A stretch of DNA of 63,277 bases, filler included, from Folioceros fuciformis (taxonomy: Eukaryota), in assembly GCA_049999805.1 (NCBI GenBank). It is 7 parts of 7 records of this genome, joined end to end, with 100 filler letters (N's around TTAATTAATTAA, not from the genome) between each part and the next. Parts side by side here need not be neighbours in the genome. Positions count along the whole stretch, not along the records: positions 1 to 10,331 come from JBNGIO010003528.1; positions 10,432 to 13,303 come from JBNGIO010003530.1; 5 more parts are not named here. One strand, written 5' to 3'. The position numbers and the translations under genes were made by a program. Each line of letters begins with the position of its first letter. Position 1 is the stretch's first letter. Shown here in pieces: positions 1 through 11,995 of the stretch. A model generated the notes under the pieces. The model did not search any database, was not told the DNA's origin, and saw only the letters and a program-made list of their open reading frames with translations.

Positions 1-62
1 GCGCGGGGGCGCCCCGTTGAGGCCCCGAATCCGGCGCACCCTTCCTCCACAAATCCGGTGCC

Positions 63-246
63 CACCTTTGGCGCTGGTCCAACGGGTCCCTCGTGCACAT
101 TTTGCAGATCCGGCGCTGGTTCGACGAGTCCCTCACTCGCAGATTTTGCGGATCCGGCGCTGGTTTGACGAGTCCCTCACTCGCAGATTTTGCGGATCCG
201 GCGCTGGTTCGATGAGTCCCTCACTCGCAGATTTTGCGGATCCGGC
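63..246. repeat. 44-bp tandem repeat (3 near-perfect copies plus a degenerate one)
   Basis: Unit GATCCGGCGCTGGTTCGACGAGTCCCTCACTCGCAGATTTTGCG starts at 107, 151 and 195, with a partial copy at 239 and a degenerate copy at ~63-106. Confidence 0.9.
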
Positions 247-1296
247 GCGCAACTCCATGAGGGGCGATCCGGCGCGCCTGATCGTGGGCAATCCGGTGCG
301 CTAGGCCCCACCGATCTACGCCGCTAGGTGGTGCGCATTGAGCGCGCCAGTTCGGCACGGAGATTGCGCTTCGGTGCGACCAGGCTGAAGGGTAGGCAAG
401 CCCGATTGCTGCAAGTCCGCCTGCGTCTTCGATTCCTGGGTTGTTGATTGTTCCTACAAGTGCACCCTAGGGCGCTCCCTCCTTGCTGTCACGAATTTCT
501 GTTCCTCTAGTGCACTGGGGGAATTGGAGTCGTGTTGAAACTCCTTTGCATTGTATTGCAATCTTGATGTTGGCCCGGTGATGATGAGGTCGCCAGTGGC
601 CCAATCCTCTGCAGCAATGGTGAGATAGCCTCCTGGAGTTCCTGGGCCATCCTCCGTGAACCCCTGAAGGAGGCAATCCACATGGGGGCTAGAGGATGAG
701 GAACATGTACAATGTCGCCGACGGTGATTTGAGAAATGCTGCACCTGCCGGGAACTCCACGTGTTGGCCCGTGCCCGCCAACGCCTAAGAAATTTTAGGC
801 ACCTGTAGAGCTTGGTGTGGAAGGAGCCTCGAGAGGTAGGATCGTGACGCAAATCCATGGATACAGCGCTGGCAGGCCAGAAAGCAAGAAATGGAGGAGG
901 AAGGGGAAGGAATGCCTTGCCTATCCCCCGTCTCCCTTTTTAAATCCATTTATGAACCTGATGGTTGATATGTCATATCTAAGGGTTAATGGTGATAAGC
1001 CCAAGGGGTATGGGAGCTGGTAACACGACTTCTATTAGAACTCGACAGCTAAGGTCCCCAACGCTCGATCATAGCCTAGATGGGGGACCCTTAATTAGTG
1101 TTTTGTTTTCTTTTTATAGGCCCAGGGGGCCATGCCCATCCTAGCCATTCTAGGATGCATCTATCAATTTTGATTTGCTCTTAGCTGACGGATCGGGTCC
1201 ATGGTGTCTTGTGCAAGGCTATGGAGGGGATTGCTGAGAGATCATGCACTGCTCGACAACAACTGCCTAGCCATAGTACAGAGACAATTACAACGT

Positions 1297-1794
1297 GCTC
1301 TGATGCCATGTTGAAATCCTAATAGTAGGATGCTAAGCGTCTAGTCTGCTAAGTAAGACACATATCGTATTATTCAGAAAAAAGGTACAGAAGGGTTATG
1401 GAGGTGTGTTTATATAGGACGGTCGATGTGACCCTTCGCGAAGGGTCACACCCTTTCGTGGTGTCCTATTGATAAGGGTAATAAGTAACTACTGGGCGGG
1501 GTTACGGTCAAATTAACTCTCCCGTAACAACTAGTCATACTGACCTATTCCGGCAATTTGCACGTCTCCCACATCTTGAAAATCCTATCTACATTGTCCC
1601 ACAACACTCCACTGCACCTTGCCACTTTGTAAGGCAGTGTCTACCTGTCAACTGTTTTCTGTACTCATTCTATGTCATGCGGATCTCCACCTTCAGCAGT
1701 CATTCCTAGCAACCTGTAAAGGTTGAACTTCCACTTCATGGGTGGCTTCTCGTTAGGAGAATCGTCGTGCTTCAAGAGATCTTGCCTTTCAACA
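1297..1794 (-). mobile_element. LTR with adjacent tRNA-Met primer-binding site
   Basis: GCTCTGATGCCA (1297-1308) is the reverse complement of a TGG(T/C)ATCAGAGC PBS. It abuts TGTTGAAA (1309), and the perfect inverted TTTCAACA is at 1787-1794. A minus-strand TATATAAA lies near 1410. An alternative LTR boundary is CAACA at 1606. Confidence 0.65.
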
Positions 1795-1799
1795 TCTGA

Positions 1800-3830
1800 A
1801 TATATATAACCCTAGACCATTTAAACTTATATATTTTATATATATCTAGCATAAATTCATGTTTATATATGGGGTGGCCAGCCCTTATATCGATATACGC
1901 GTATATTCTTGCAACAGTGCACATAAATGCCCTCCTTGAGTGCTTCCTCCCCATCGTGCACACCAAGGCTACTGGTCATCCTACCACTCTTTGGTGGTTT
2001 ATTGCACACGAGATCGACGAAAGGAGTAGCTTTCCTCTACTCCTCCTCCCTTGATGTGAGTAAAGTGATCACGCTCATAATTCTTAGATGCCTCCCATTG
2101 AGTGCTTCCTCCCCATCGTGCACACCAAGGCTACTGGTCATCCTACCACTCTTTTGGTGGTTTACTACACACAAGATCGACAAAAGGGGTAGCTTTCCTC
2201 TACTCCTCCTCTCTCGCTGCAACATCATCATTTCCCCCTCTTAATCTGCTGACCATCTTTGTTGGTAAGACAAATTAACAAACTTTACACCCAAATTCAT
2301 ATATGCTAACCACATTGCCCCTCACCATGTATCAACTGCTACACACNNNNNNNNNNNNNNNNNNNNNNNNNNNNNNNNNNNNNNNNNNNNNNNNNNNNNN
2401 NNNNNNNNNNNNNNNNNNNNNNNNNNNNNNNNNNNNNNNNNNNNNNGCTAACCACATTGCCCCTCACCATGTATCAACTGCTACACACATTGGACAAAAC
2501 CATTGCCCCTCAGGCACTGCTTTTAATGGAGGCTCTAAACAAAAAATATGCCACCCATCATGGCATGTTGCTTGGTCTCTGTTAACCTGGCCGTATCCTA
2601 CAACGCCAGGTTTGCTTTATACCTGGTGACGCGCGCATCCACCTTCTCCCTCTTCACAAGAGTTTTCTTACTCCCTCCCGCCTTCCGTTTCCTGCTAACG
2701 GTGACCTCCTCTTCAGAGCTACTAGTCGCTCCGGATTCCCAGTTGCTAGACTTTGGCTCTGCCTCTTCCTTGGGCTCATCTAGCTTCCACTTGATCTCCC
2801 TAACAGGTTTCCACATATGCAAGGAAGCCACAAAATCCAACTCTGGTAAGGAGTTAACATGCAAATATAGATGGACAAAGGAAAGGGGAAATTAAGGATG
2901 GCCAAGGAGTGGGGGAGGTTAGGTTCTGCTTCTCCTCGATCAGTCTATCAAAAATAATCTTCCCCCAGTCGATCCTGCTTTCCTTGATCACCTCATGCAA
3001 GAACTGCAGCATATGATTAGATGAATAGTCCTGCTTCTTATGTTGTAGGAAGCAGAGGAGCCATTTGGCTAGGCCCATGAACTTGGTAGACGCCATCTCG
3101 CACGTCAGCCAGCCGTTGGCCTCCCGCCCTATGCCTGCCTTGAACAGCGCTATAGCTGCTGCCATTGTGCTTCGCTTTCGTAGGGATTTGATTACAATCC
3201 CTCCAGCTTCCTCCGGACTACGCCCATACACTGCCCTGACCAAGTCTAGGTCCTAGTCCTACGATCTGCCCCTGATTCCTCCCATCAGCTCCTTAAGCCA
3301 CAGCTGTTGTGCACACTCTCATACCAGGCTCAGGTTTGCATAGTTCCAGCGCTTTGCCATGAACCCGAGACCCAACTCCTCTGCCAGCTCACCTGCCCGG
3401 ACCCTCCAGTGGTCCATGTTGGGCCAAAGGGCAACCTCGACCTGCACCATAAGTATGGGTGCAACGTTCCTACAAGGATCAACCCTCATTAGCTCAACTG
3501 ATGCTTCTGCCATCCGTCGCCACTCTAGGGTTAGCTTGCACGCCACCACCACCTAACCTGCTCCTCATAGCCTCGCGCTTCCTCAAGCCTGTCAGGAGAT
3601 GGCCATTGTCCCGCACCCGCTGCTCCCTTCCTGGTCACCACGTTCAACTTGTATGCCCGCACTTTCATTTGCCCGAGTCCACTCGCCGACACCTCTTCAG
3701 TTATGGTTGCACTCCACTTCGAAAGTGGCCGCCGAACACTTGGACTTCCCCTTAGGGTTTCCATCTGCAGGAAGTCCTTCCTATTTCCACAACCACTATT
3801 GGTCGCTCCTTCTACGACCACTTTCCTCAT
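1800..3830 (-). mobile_element. 3' part of an LTR retrotransposon: decayed extra ORF, polypurine tract, LTR
   Basis: Minus-strand PPT AAGAGGGGGAA (~2232-2242) is followed by TGATGATGTTG. Collinear broken ORFs at 2598-3830 include KESRIDWGKIIFDRL, resembling plant retrotransposon accessory ORFs. Confidence 0.45.
1928..2212. repeat. ~120-bp direct repeat, 2 copies (probably inside an LTR)
   Basis: GAGTGCTTCCTCCCCATCGTGCACACCAAGGCTACTGGTCATCCTACCACTCTTT...GTAGCTTTCCTCTACTCCTCCTC occurs at ~1928-2050 and ~2088-2212. Confidence 0.85.
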
Positions 3831-4713
3831 TCCATGACCGTCGTCGGGCTTCGACTACCTCCCTTCTCAGGCTAAGTCCACACGTAGACCATGACTCTCT
3901 ACTTCTAGTTCGACCTCAACCACAAAATGACTCTATGTCTATGGGGTCCCCCCCCCCCTTATATAGGCCTTTGCGAATTGTTCATAGGCCAAAGGCCAAG
4001 GAACAATCAGCCCTCCTGGTCCAAGGACCAGTTATTGGTCAAACCAAACCCAAAACTTATAGACCAAGGAACTTTTGAGTATAAATACCTCAACCTACTC
4101 ATAACCTGACTCTATTTCACACAAAACTTAGCAAAAAAACAAAAAATCACTCCAACGCGCACCTCAGCAGGTTGTTCCTAGTTATCATATCATTCACACT
4201 ACCCAAAACTTCAAAGGTTCACAATCAATAAGAACTCCTAGCATCCGGAGTATGGACAGCTGGGACTTAGCACATCCTGGGCTTGGACAGCAATCGATGG
4301 AAGTCTGGGGTCATGAAGTTGAACTACCAGGAGTCAAAACTTGCCTCTGGTGTTTCATCTCCCAAACCACCAACGCCACAAAACTGGGCACAATCTACTG
4401 TTAGTGAGGGAAGTCCATGACTGGAAAATGAGATGTTCCATTCCTACAGGGATCTCAACATCTTGGATGTTGTGATCAAAGTGAATTTGAAGGGGGTTGT
4501 GTTGCACACACAACTATGAGCCAGTAAATCACACCTTAAGTTGCCACACAAGGATCCATCACAAGAGGACATACTCAGCCACAATCCCAATTCCGAAAAA
4601 CACCAAATGGTTCAGGATTACCTCCATGTGACACAACACTACAAGGCACGACTTCAATAACTATCTGGTTCTGTCCTAGTTTCTCCTTTGTCTTAGCATC
4701 TTCGAGTGTGTTA

Positions 4714-6062
4714 TGAAGGATCGCTTGAGGAGCAACATGGTGAAGGAGGAGAGGAGGAGGCAAGGAGGAATGGGTACAGCTTGTCAAAGTTCACACTAGT
4801 CAGAACCCTGCAGATGTTCTTACCAAGGGGCTCTCTACAGAGCAATTCGCACAAGCTCGGACACTCATGGGCATGAGGTAGACGACTCTCCTATGAAGGT
4901 AAATTGGCCTTTAAGTGGGAGGTTGTAGGGTTATTAAAGCCCAATGTGCTTAGACTAATGTATTTAGTCTAAGATTAGTGTCTAGTTAAGTACTATTAGT
5001 TTCGATTAGCTTAAGCTAATCTGTAGAAAGCTTCTTGCGCAGCTTCCTGTGCACTTCTTGTGAAGCTTCCTTCGGAGCTCTTCTACAGGGTATATAAACC
5101 CCCTTGAGCTCTTTTGCAATGTGAGACTCATTGTGAGAGTGTGACCTCTCTTTCTCCTCTCCTCCTTGCCTCCTCCTCTCCTCCTTCACCATGTGGCTCC
5201 TTTAGCGATCCTTCAACTGGTATCAAAGCGTGAGGTTTGCGCCCGCCGGCGATGCTGGCGCTCAGCGGCCTGTCTGGCCGCAGCTCGGCGCCTCACCGCT
5301 CGGCGGGCCTAGCGCCCGTGGCGCCTGGCAGGGTGCCCGTGAGCCCTAGCGTGTGGCGCCCTAGGCCACCGGCAGGGGCGCCCCCTATCGGCTAGGGCAT
5401 GATGCCCTGGTCGGCGCTCTGGCAGGGTTCAAACGGCGCGCAGCTGGCGCCTGCCGGGTTGCCAGGCGCTCCAGTCGGGGTGGCGCCCCCGCTACGGTGC
5501 CTGTTGCCCCTCTCTACGACAGGTGCCTGCCCGCCCCCCGCGTCTGAGGGCTGGCGCCTAGCCCAGGGTTCTGGCGCCATCGCAGACCCGGCGGCCCGCA
5601 CGGCCTGGCCACACCCCGGCCGCCAAGCCTGGCGCCTGGATGTTTGGCGCCCTTGGCGCCCTCCGCGCACTGATGCTCTGGGTGCCCTCCGCACATCGGC
5701 GCTTCTCCTAGATGCCCTTCCTCATAGCCGCCTTGCGCACCACCTCGTCCGCAGCAGCTAGAGCCCTCACCATCTTCCTCCACAACCCGTGCTCTGATAC
5801 TAGTTGACAGATCGCTAAAGGAGCCACATGGTGAAGGAGGAGAGGAGGAGAGGAGAAAGGGAGGTCACACTCTCACAATGAGACTTACATTGCAAGGGAG
5901 CTCAAGGGGGTTTATATACCCTCTAGAAGAGCTCCCAAGGAAGCTGCGCAAGAAGCTTCTTACAGATTAGCTTAAGCTAATCTAAACTAATGGTACTTAA
6001 CTAGACACTAATCTTAGACTAAACACATTAGTCTAAGTACATTGGGCTTTAATAACTCTACA
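4714..6062. mobile_element. Rearranged Copia composite with two inverted LTR+PBS units, inserted into a CRE element
   Basis: Plus LTR 4924-5215 (TGTAG..TTCA) is preceded by PPT AAGTGGGAGG and followed by PBS TGGTATCAAAGC (5218-5229). An inverted PBS (5791-5804) and inverted LTR (5805-6062) follow, and an inverted U5 fragment sits at 4714-4768. Flanks are TGTTA/TGTTG. Confidence 0.8.
4774..4881 (+). pseudogene. Copia RNase H C-terminal fragment
   Basis: Translates VQLVKVHTSQNPADVLTKGLSTEQFAQARTLMGMR*, containing the Copia ADxxTK motif. Confidence 0.85.
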
Positions 6063-7260
6063 TGTTGTCAGTGATTTGGCTCGAAAGCAGGCTTCCTTGC
6101 CGATTGCCTTTGAAGGGGTTGGCCTTTTGGCCATGGAGATCTTTGCCCCAACTACCTTTCTTGGTAGTTGGGCCCTCTCGGCTCCCTCTAGAAGTATCTC
6201 TTAAACAAGAGAGGGGCTCTTTATCTTTGGAGGCTCATGAGGCTCTACCACCTTTCACCTCCTTTTCTAGGGAAGGGTTGAGGGGTCTTCAAGCCGCCCT
6301 CCTGAAAAAAGCAATATGACCAAGCACTAAGAGTCCTTCTTTTGGACTCATCCATCCCTAGGTCTTCTTGAGCTCATATTTGCTCTTATTCAGGTAAAGG
6401 AGCCCGCTCTTGACTTTTGGTTCACACTAGCAACTTTCGACACCACTATGAGATTTCGGTTAGGTTTGCCCACCCCTTCGCTTTTTCTCTCTCTACATGC
6501 AGTTGTGGGGTTGTCATTGTTGACATGGGGTCCTCTCTAGCATGTTGTTCCTTAGGGAGGCACCACATCGCCACCCATGATGCAGTCCAAGATGTCATGT
6601 TCTCAATGGTTAGGGAATGTGGGTTTCTTATGTACAAGGAGGGTCCATATACTTTGCACAACAGGGTTTTACTTAGAGCCGACCTTTTTTCCCTAGGGTC
6701 TTAAGAACAGTTTTGTGTCACTGATGTGGTTGTTACAAATCCCACTAGGGAGTCGATTTGCAAGCACATCGTCGTCAATCCCCCTATACGGGCAGTGGAG
6801 GGTTGTGCAAGCGCTAAAGTCCCACAAGTATTCTCCCCTACAAGACGGGCATATTTTCATCCTCCTTATTATTGAGACTCATGGGGCCTAGGGCAAGGAC
6901 TTTTCAAGGTTCATCAAGGAGTGCGCAAAGGTTTATCAAAATAATAGGAATGATGTTCTTCCTCTTTCCTCTATGGTGGTCTTCTTTCGACAACACATAT
7001 CCATTGCTTTGCAAAGAGCATTGGCCAATGTAGTTTTTAAAATAGCAACAAGCACAAGTCAAGCAGCTTCTTCGACATCGGTGAGAGGTAGACCTTTTGT
7101 TATTCCACATCATGACAATTTAGGAGTAGTAGGTAGTTTTTGAGAATGATGTTCAAAGGGGGCTTGTACCCCTTTTGGTCTTTTGGCCTGCTCGTGTTGT
7201 TCCTCCTATCCTTAGACTAGGTGGGACTTTCCATCTCTTTTTCAATAATAGAAAATAATA
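6063..7260 (+). mobile_element. CRE-like non-LTR retrotransposon, decayed 3' portion (copy 1)
   Basis: DLARKQASLPIAFEGVGLLAME..FLGSWAL; zinc knuckle CSCG...C...HDAVQD; RADL and DVVVTNP; FHPPY.ETHG resembling a restriction-like endonuclease; A-rich tail ~7243-7260. The reading frame continues left of the LTR insertion (~4683-4713). Confidence 0.7.
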
Positions 7261-7277
7261 CATACCTATGTTCTCAT

Positions 7278-7790
7278 TGTAAATAGGTTATTTAGTAACC
7301 TCTTTTGTTCAAGTCTCTGTGGTGATATGTATAATGATGATCCATATATAAAGAGACCCATCTGCCCTCTAAAGAGGTGAGACCACCAAAGGTGATGGGA
7401 CCACTAGGGCTAGCCCCAAAGTTGCCGAAAATAGCTTAAAGAATAGCATAATAAGTTATCTCATGTGTTGCTTATAGTTGTACATGATTTGGCAATAGAG
7501 ACCTCATGTGCTCGGTCTTCTAGGGTTTGGCGGCAAGGCCTTTGGTAAAGACTTGCACATGCAAACATGGTAATTGCTATTATGATTTGAGTTGGCTGAG
7601 AAATAGAGACTACAATATTGTATGTCATGTATCACAATCATAGTACATATTGCAACTTCATTGATTCTTAATTCACAATTCTCCTCTAACTTCAACTCTA
7701 GAAAGTTGTTGCTATGGTTTTGTATTGTGTGGACCGAGGGTTGCCTACTTGTGAAGTTTCCATGCAGGAGTATCAACAATGGCGAATTAC
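7278..7790 (+). mobile_element. Possible LTR (TGT..AACA) followed by a TGGCG PBS-like site
   Basis: TGTAAA at 7278, TATATAAA near 7345, TCAACA ending 7778 then ATGGCGAATT. No second copy in the window. Confidence 0.3.
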
Positions 7791-8039
7791 ATAAAGACCA
7801 TTGTTGACTCATTGAGCAACTGTGCTCTCTTGGAGGACATTTAGATAGCCCTTCTCATGGCTTCTAGGTCCGTAATACCTTCTTAGAAGAGGTTTTCCAA
7901 GACTATGGACCGCGGCAATGCCTTGCGGCAGTCGGCCTCCTCCTAGGCCGGGTTGGGAGCCGGTCTGGGGGCCGAAGTCGCGGAGACACAAGTGATCTAT
8001 CATCACCAATGTAGACAAACTGATTGTCTACTAGTCTGT

Positions 8040-10331
8040 ATGTGACAAAAGCATTTCTGTCAAAGCATATGTGCGCTGTTGCACCAGTATCAAGGTACCA
8101 TTCATTAACTGGTCAACCTTGTATATTTGTAGACAAACAGGCGGGGTTGGCAAGAGGAATCGCAAACTTCCTTATCCCTACTATTAGGGCTGAAGATGAG
8201 GCTTGCTTTTTCACCACAACATGTGTCTGAGAAGTGGAGTTGCGAGGTACTCCGGCCTTCTTCTTTTGACACTCATTTTCCCAATGTCTTGGAACTTGGC
8301 ACCAATGGCATTTTCTAGTCCTTTTGGGTTTGTTCTGTGCTGTAGCTTGCCGTGAGCTACCAGCACCTTGAAAGGTATTCTATTTACCTTTAAAGTTAGG
8401 CCTTGTGCCTTTGTTTCTGTTTGTGGTGTAAAGAGCATGCTGCTTGCTAGCACGCTTATTCTGACCTCTTGTTGCTTCTTCTTGAAGAAGAGCTCCCACT
8501 AACTCTGAAAATGTTGTCTGTGGTATAATGACATTTGCAGCCTTAGCAATCTTAGCAGCCTGAAGCTGAGAAGCATTATATGAGGTCACTAAATGTGACC
8601 AGGAGTCAGGAAGAGACATCATGAAATACAAGGTAAGTATTTTATCATTGAGAATTTTCCGAGAAGCACTTTCTAATTTAGAAACAAGTGTTCTAAAGTG
8701 CCCAATGTGTTTTTCAACTGTATCCCCCTCTCTCATTCTGTATATTTCTAAGAGCAAACATTTGACTTGTGGTATTCACTCTTGCATACAGATCTTGTAG
8801 TCTGGACCAAATCTCAATAGATGTTTTGCATCCAGAAGTCTGTCCAAGCATATCAGTGGTTAGTCCACTTCTGATTAAATACATTGCAGCTTCATCCTTA
8901 ATGTACCAAGCCTCTTGGTATCTTGATTCAGTAGAGGAAGGGGTAGCTTCAGGGGAAGAAGAGCTAGGGAGTATTTCCTCTCCAGTGGCTATCTTCCAAA
9001 GTCTTTTATTTTGTAGGGCTCCACGCATATGCATGACCCAAATATCATAATCTATCCCCCCAAACCGGTCTTTCTCTTTAAACCCATCACCACTCAGATT
9101 AGTGGTGTCAGCCATTTTTAGGATCCTAGAAATCCTGTCCTAACTATTAGGATGTTGGCTGTGTGCAGATCCTTGACGTATCCTGACAAGGTCCACAATC
9201 CTGGTAATAGAGAAAGCAGGGGAGCAGTGAGATGCTATTGTTGCATCTTAGATAGGCTGCAGTAGCAGCCCTATCTACAAAGGGTTTGCAAAGTGATCTA
9301 CCACAGGTAAGATGGTAGATTGGTTTGCAACTATATGTGATATCCTTTGATTTCTAATCTCCCATCTGTTAAATGCATAGGTAGAGCAAGAGGGACATGA
9401 ATTTGGAGCATCGAAGGTGTGTAAGTTATATTTCTTATTTGCACGCTTGCATGCAACCCCTCTAAGAGCAAGATTTGCAAGCAAGGCAAGTTTCAATAAG
9501 GTTAGTAACTTAAAATCCAAATGTCCTATTTGTTCCTTCAATTCTTGCAAGTGACTGAAGCAAGTTTGTGACAGATGCTCTGAAAACACTCATCAACATG
9601 TTGTTGATGTGTTTCTTTCCTAGCATTCAATTGTGACACACTAATATGTGGTGATATGTGTGTGGTCAGAAAACCTCTAGGGTTACCTTTTCCGACAAAT
9701 GGAAGATTAGTAGGATTCCTGGGTGGTTGGGCAAGTGACAAGTGACGTTGTTGAGGGAAAATAGCATCAAGAAATAGCATCATACGACTCCCTTATGATG
9801 CGAGTGCGCTTAGGCTGATCTTGAGTTTGAAGAATCCACTCCAGGGTTTGCTGGTAGATCGATTCAGCAACTGTTAACATGTCCTCTTGTGCCAATTGTC
9901 TTTTGTAGACATCCCTCTATCGATTGCGTTCAGAAGGGCGTGGCCGCCATCGCTGCCCATCCACAAAATTGGCCATTCATTTGGCCAATTTTGTATTTAT
10001 TGTGTATCAAGAAACATTTTAAAATTTTGTATATGATTCTACAATGGAATTTTTGCCAATTCTAGCAGTTGTTCTAGCGTGACTATTGTCAGAATGCAAA
10101 GATGAAAATGTCAATAGATGCTCTAGAACAAACTCCTAGAAATACAAATTTTCAAAATAAAATCCAAAGAAAAACTATAAAACATTTTCTTGATATGTTT
10201 TTAAAGCATTTTTTTAAAGAAAACAACAATAAAATACAACAACCAAATTGATCCATCTACACATCAAAATGTGCAGCATTTAATGTGCATTCTTATGAAT
10301 GCAATCTATACCAAAGCATAGCTCTAATACC
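8040..10331 (-). mobile_element. Copia retrotransposon 5' internal region: PBS, leader, frameshifted gag-protease
   Basis: PBS-like GGTATTAGAGC at the contig end (10321-10331). Gag FGGIDYDIWVMHMRGAL..LW (8714-9115), RMREGDTVEKHI..LPDSW (8380-8757), zinc knuckle CHWCQVPRHWENEC, protease EWYLDTGATAHIC (~8065-8105). Confidence 0.85.
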
Positions 10332-10431
10332 NNNNNNNNNNNNNNNNNNNNNNNNNNNNNNNNNNNNNNNNNNNNTTAATTAATTAANNNNNNNNNNNNN
10401 NNNNNNNNNNNNNNNNNNNNNNNNNNNNNNN
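10332..10431. other. Artificial contig linker
   Basis: N-run, TTAATTAATTAA (stop in all six frames), N-run. Confidence 0.97.
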
Positions 10432-11995
10432 TAGAGCAGGGCCAAAGGCCAAAAAGAAGACTAGCCCCTTCGAACATCAATCTCAAAAACTACCTACTGC
10501 TCCCAAAAAATCATAATATGGAATAACAAAAGGCCTACCTATCACCAATGCCGAAGAAGTCTCTTGTTGCTATTCTAAAAACTGCATTGGCCAATGCTCT
10601 TTGCAAAGCAATGGATATGTGAAAGAAAGCCACCACAAAGAAAAGAGGAAGAGCATCATTCTTCTTACTCTAGTAAAGCTTTGCACACTTCTTGATGAAC
10701 CGTGAAAAGTCCTTGCCCGTGGCCCCATAAGTCACAAGTCCAAGGGAGATAAAAATATCCCTGTCTTGCACGGAAGAATACTTATGGACGTTGACACTTG
10801 CCCAACCCATCCGCCGCCCATCCAAGAGGGTTGATGACGACATGCTTGCAAATCGAGTTCCTAGTGGGATTCGTAATAACCACATCAGCAACACAAACCT
10901 ATTCTCCCCTAGTGAAAAACAGGTTGGTTTTAAGTGAAACCCCATTTCGCAAAGTATATGCATATGCCCTAGCTATTGAGAACACAACAACTCAACCTGC
11001 ATCATAGGTGACAATGCAGTGCCCCCAACGGGACAACCTGCTAAAGGGGACCCTGAATCAACAATGGCAACCCCACAACTACATGCAGAGAGAAAAAACC
11101 AAGGGTGGGCCAAACCTAAATGGAATCTCATCGCGATGGTGAGAGTTATTGGTGCGATTTGAAACGTTTGGATGTAAGGTCAAGCCAAAAGCCAAGAGCC
11201 TACTCCTTTACCTAAACAAGAGCGAATATGAGCCCAAGGAAACCTAGGAATGGATGAGTCTAAAGAAAGGGCTCTTAATGCTTGGCCATATTTCTTTTCC
11301 AGGAGAGAGGCCTAGAGACCCCTTAAGCCTTCCCTAGAAAAGGAGGTGAAAGAAGATAGAGTTTCACAAGCCTCCAAAGGTAAAGAATGTCTTGTTTGCC
11401 TAAGAGATACCTGTAAAGGGAAAACACCCTCATCAACATCTAAGATAAAACCTTTAAGAAGAGGGCAATCTTGCAGCAAAAAATGAGAGGCCAAAATTAG
11501 AGCTGAGAGGGCCCAGCTACCAAGAAAAGCAACCGGGGCAATGGCCTCCATGGCCAAAAGACCAACCTCTCCAAAGGGGACCGGTGCAAATACCAAACCG
11601 GTCACTAATTTGTGAGAGGTCCATAAAATGAGCCAAATCTTCATTCAACGTTGCATCTACAAACCTATGAACAAAATCAAGAGGTCCCACAAGACCTCTT
11701 GATTTTNNNNNNNNNNNNNNNNNNNNNNNNNNNNNNNNNNNNNNNNNNNNNNNNNNNNNNNNNNNNNNNNNNNNNNNNNNNNNNNNNNNNNNNNNNNNNN
11801 NNNNNNGGATCCAATCCGTGCATTTAAACAACCTAACCCTCAACCCCACCTAAGATAACTCCGACAAGAAGAAATCAAATGTTGCTTTGACTATGACTTC
11901 CGGCCCAAGAATATGAGTGTCGTTAGCCATGGATGGAAAAGGGCATTCTCGAAATGCCAAGGCAGTAGAAAAAAACGTTCCAAAATGCGTAATTA
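10432..11995 (-). mobile_element. CRE-like non-LTR retrotransposon, decayed (copy 2, includes RT motif)
   Basis: Reverse complement is collinear with 6063-7195. It adds RT remnant FPSMANDTHILGP (degenerate xADD) at ~11900-11940, plus VGLRV..KC..W and FVDATLNEDL. Confidence 0.75.

Noticed and set aside
63-246. CRISPR-like appearance of the 44-bp repeats (also the 62-bp array)
   Set aside because: Units are head-to-tail with no unique spacers, there are no cas genes, and the context is eukaryotic.
454-858. Minus-strand ORF downstream of the PBS at 1297
   Set aside because: Position would suit gag, but I could not identify any gag motif.
2305-2490. ~42-bp direct repeat flanking a 100-N gap
   Set aside because: Most likely overlapping contig ends, not a biological duplication.
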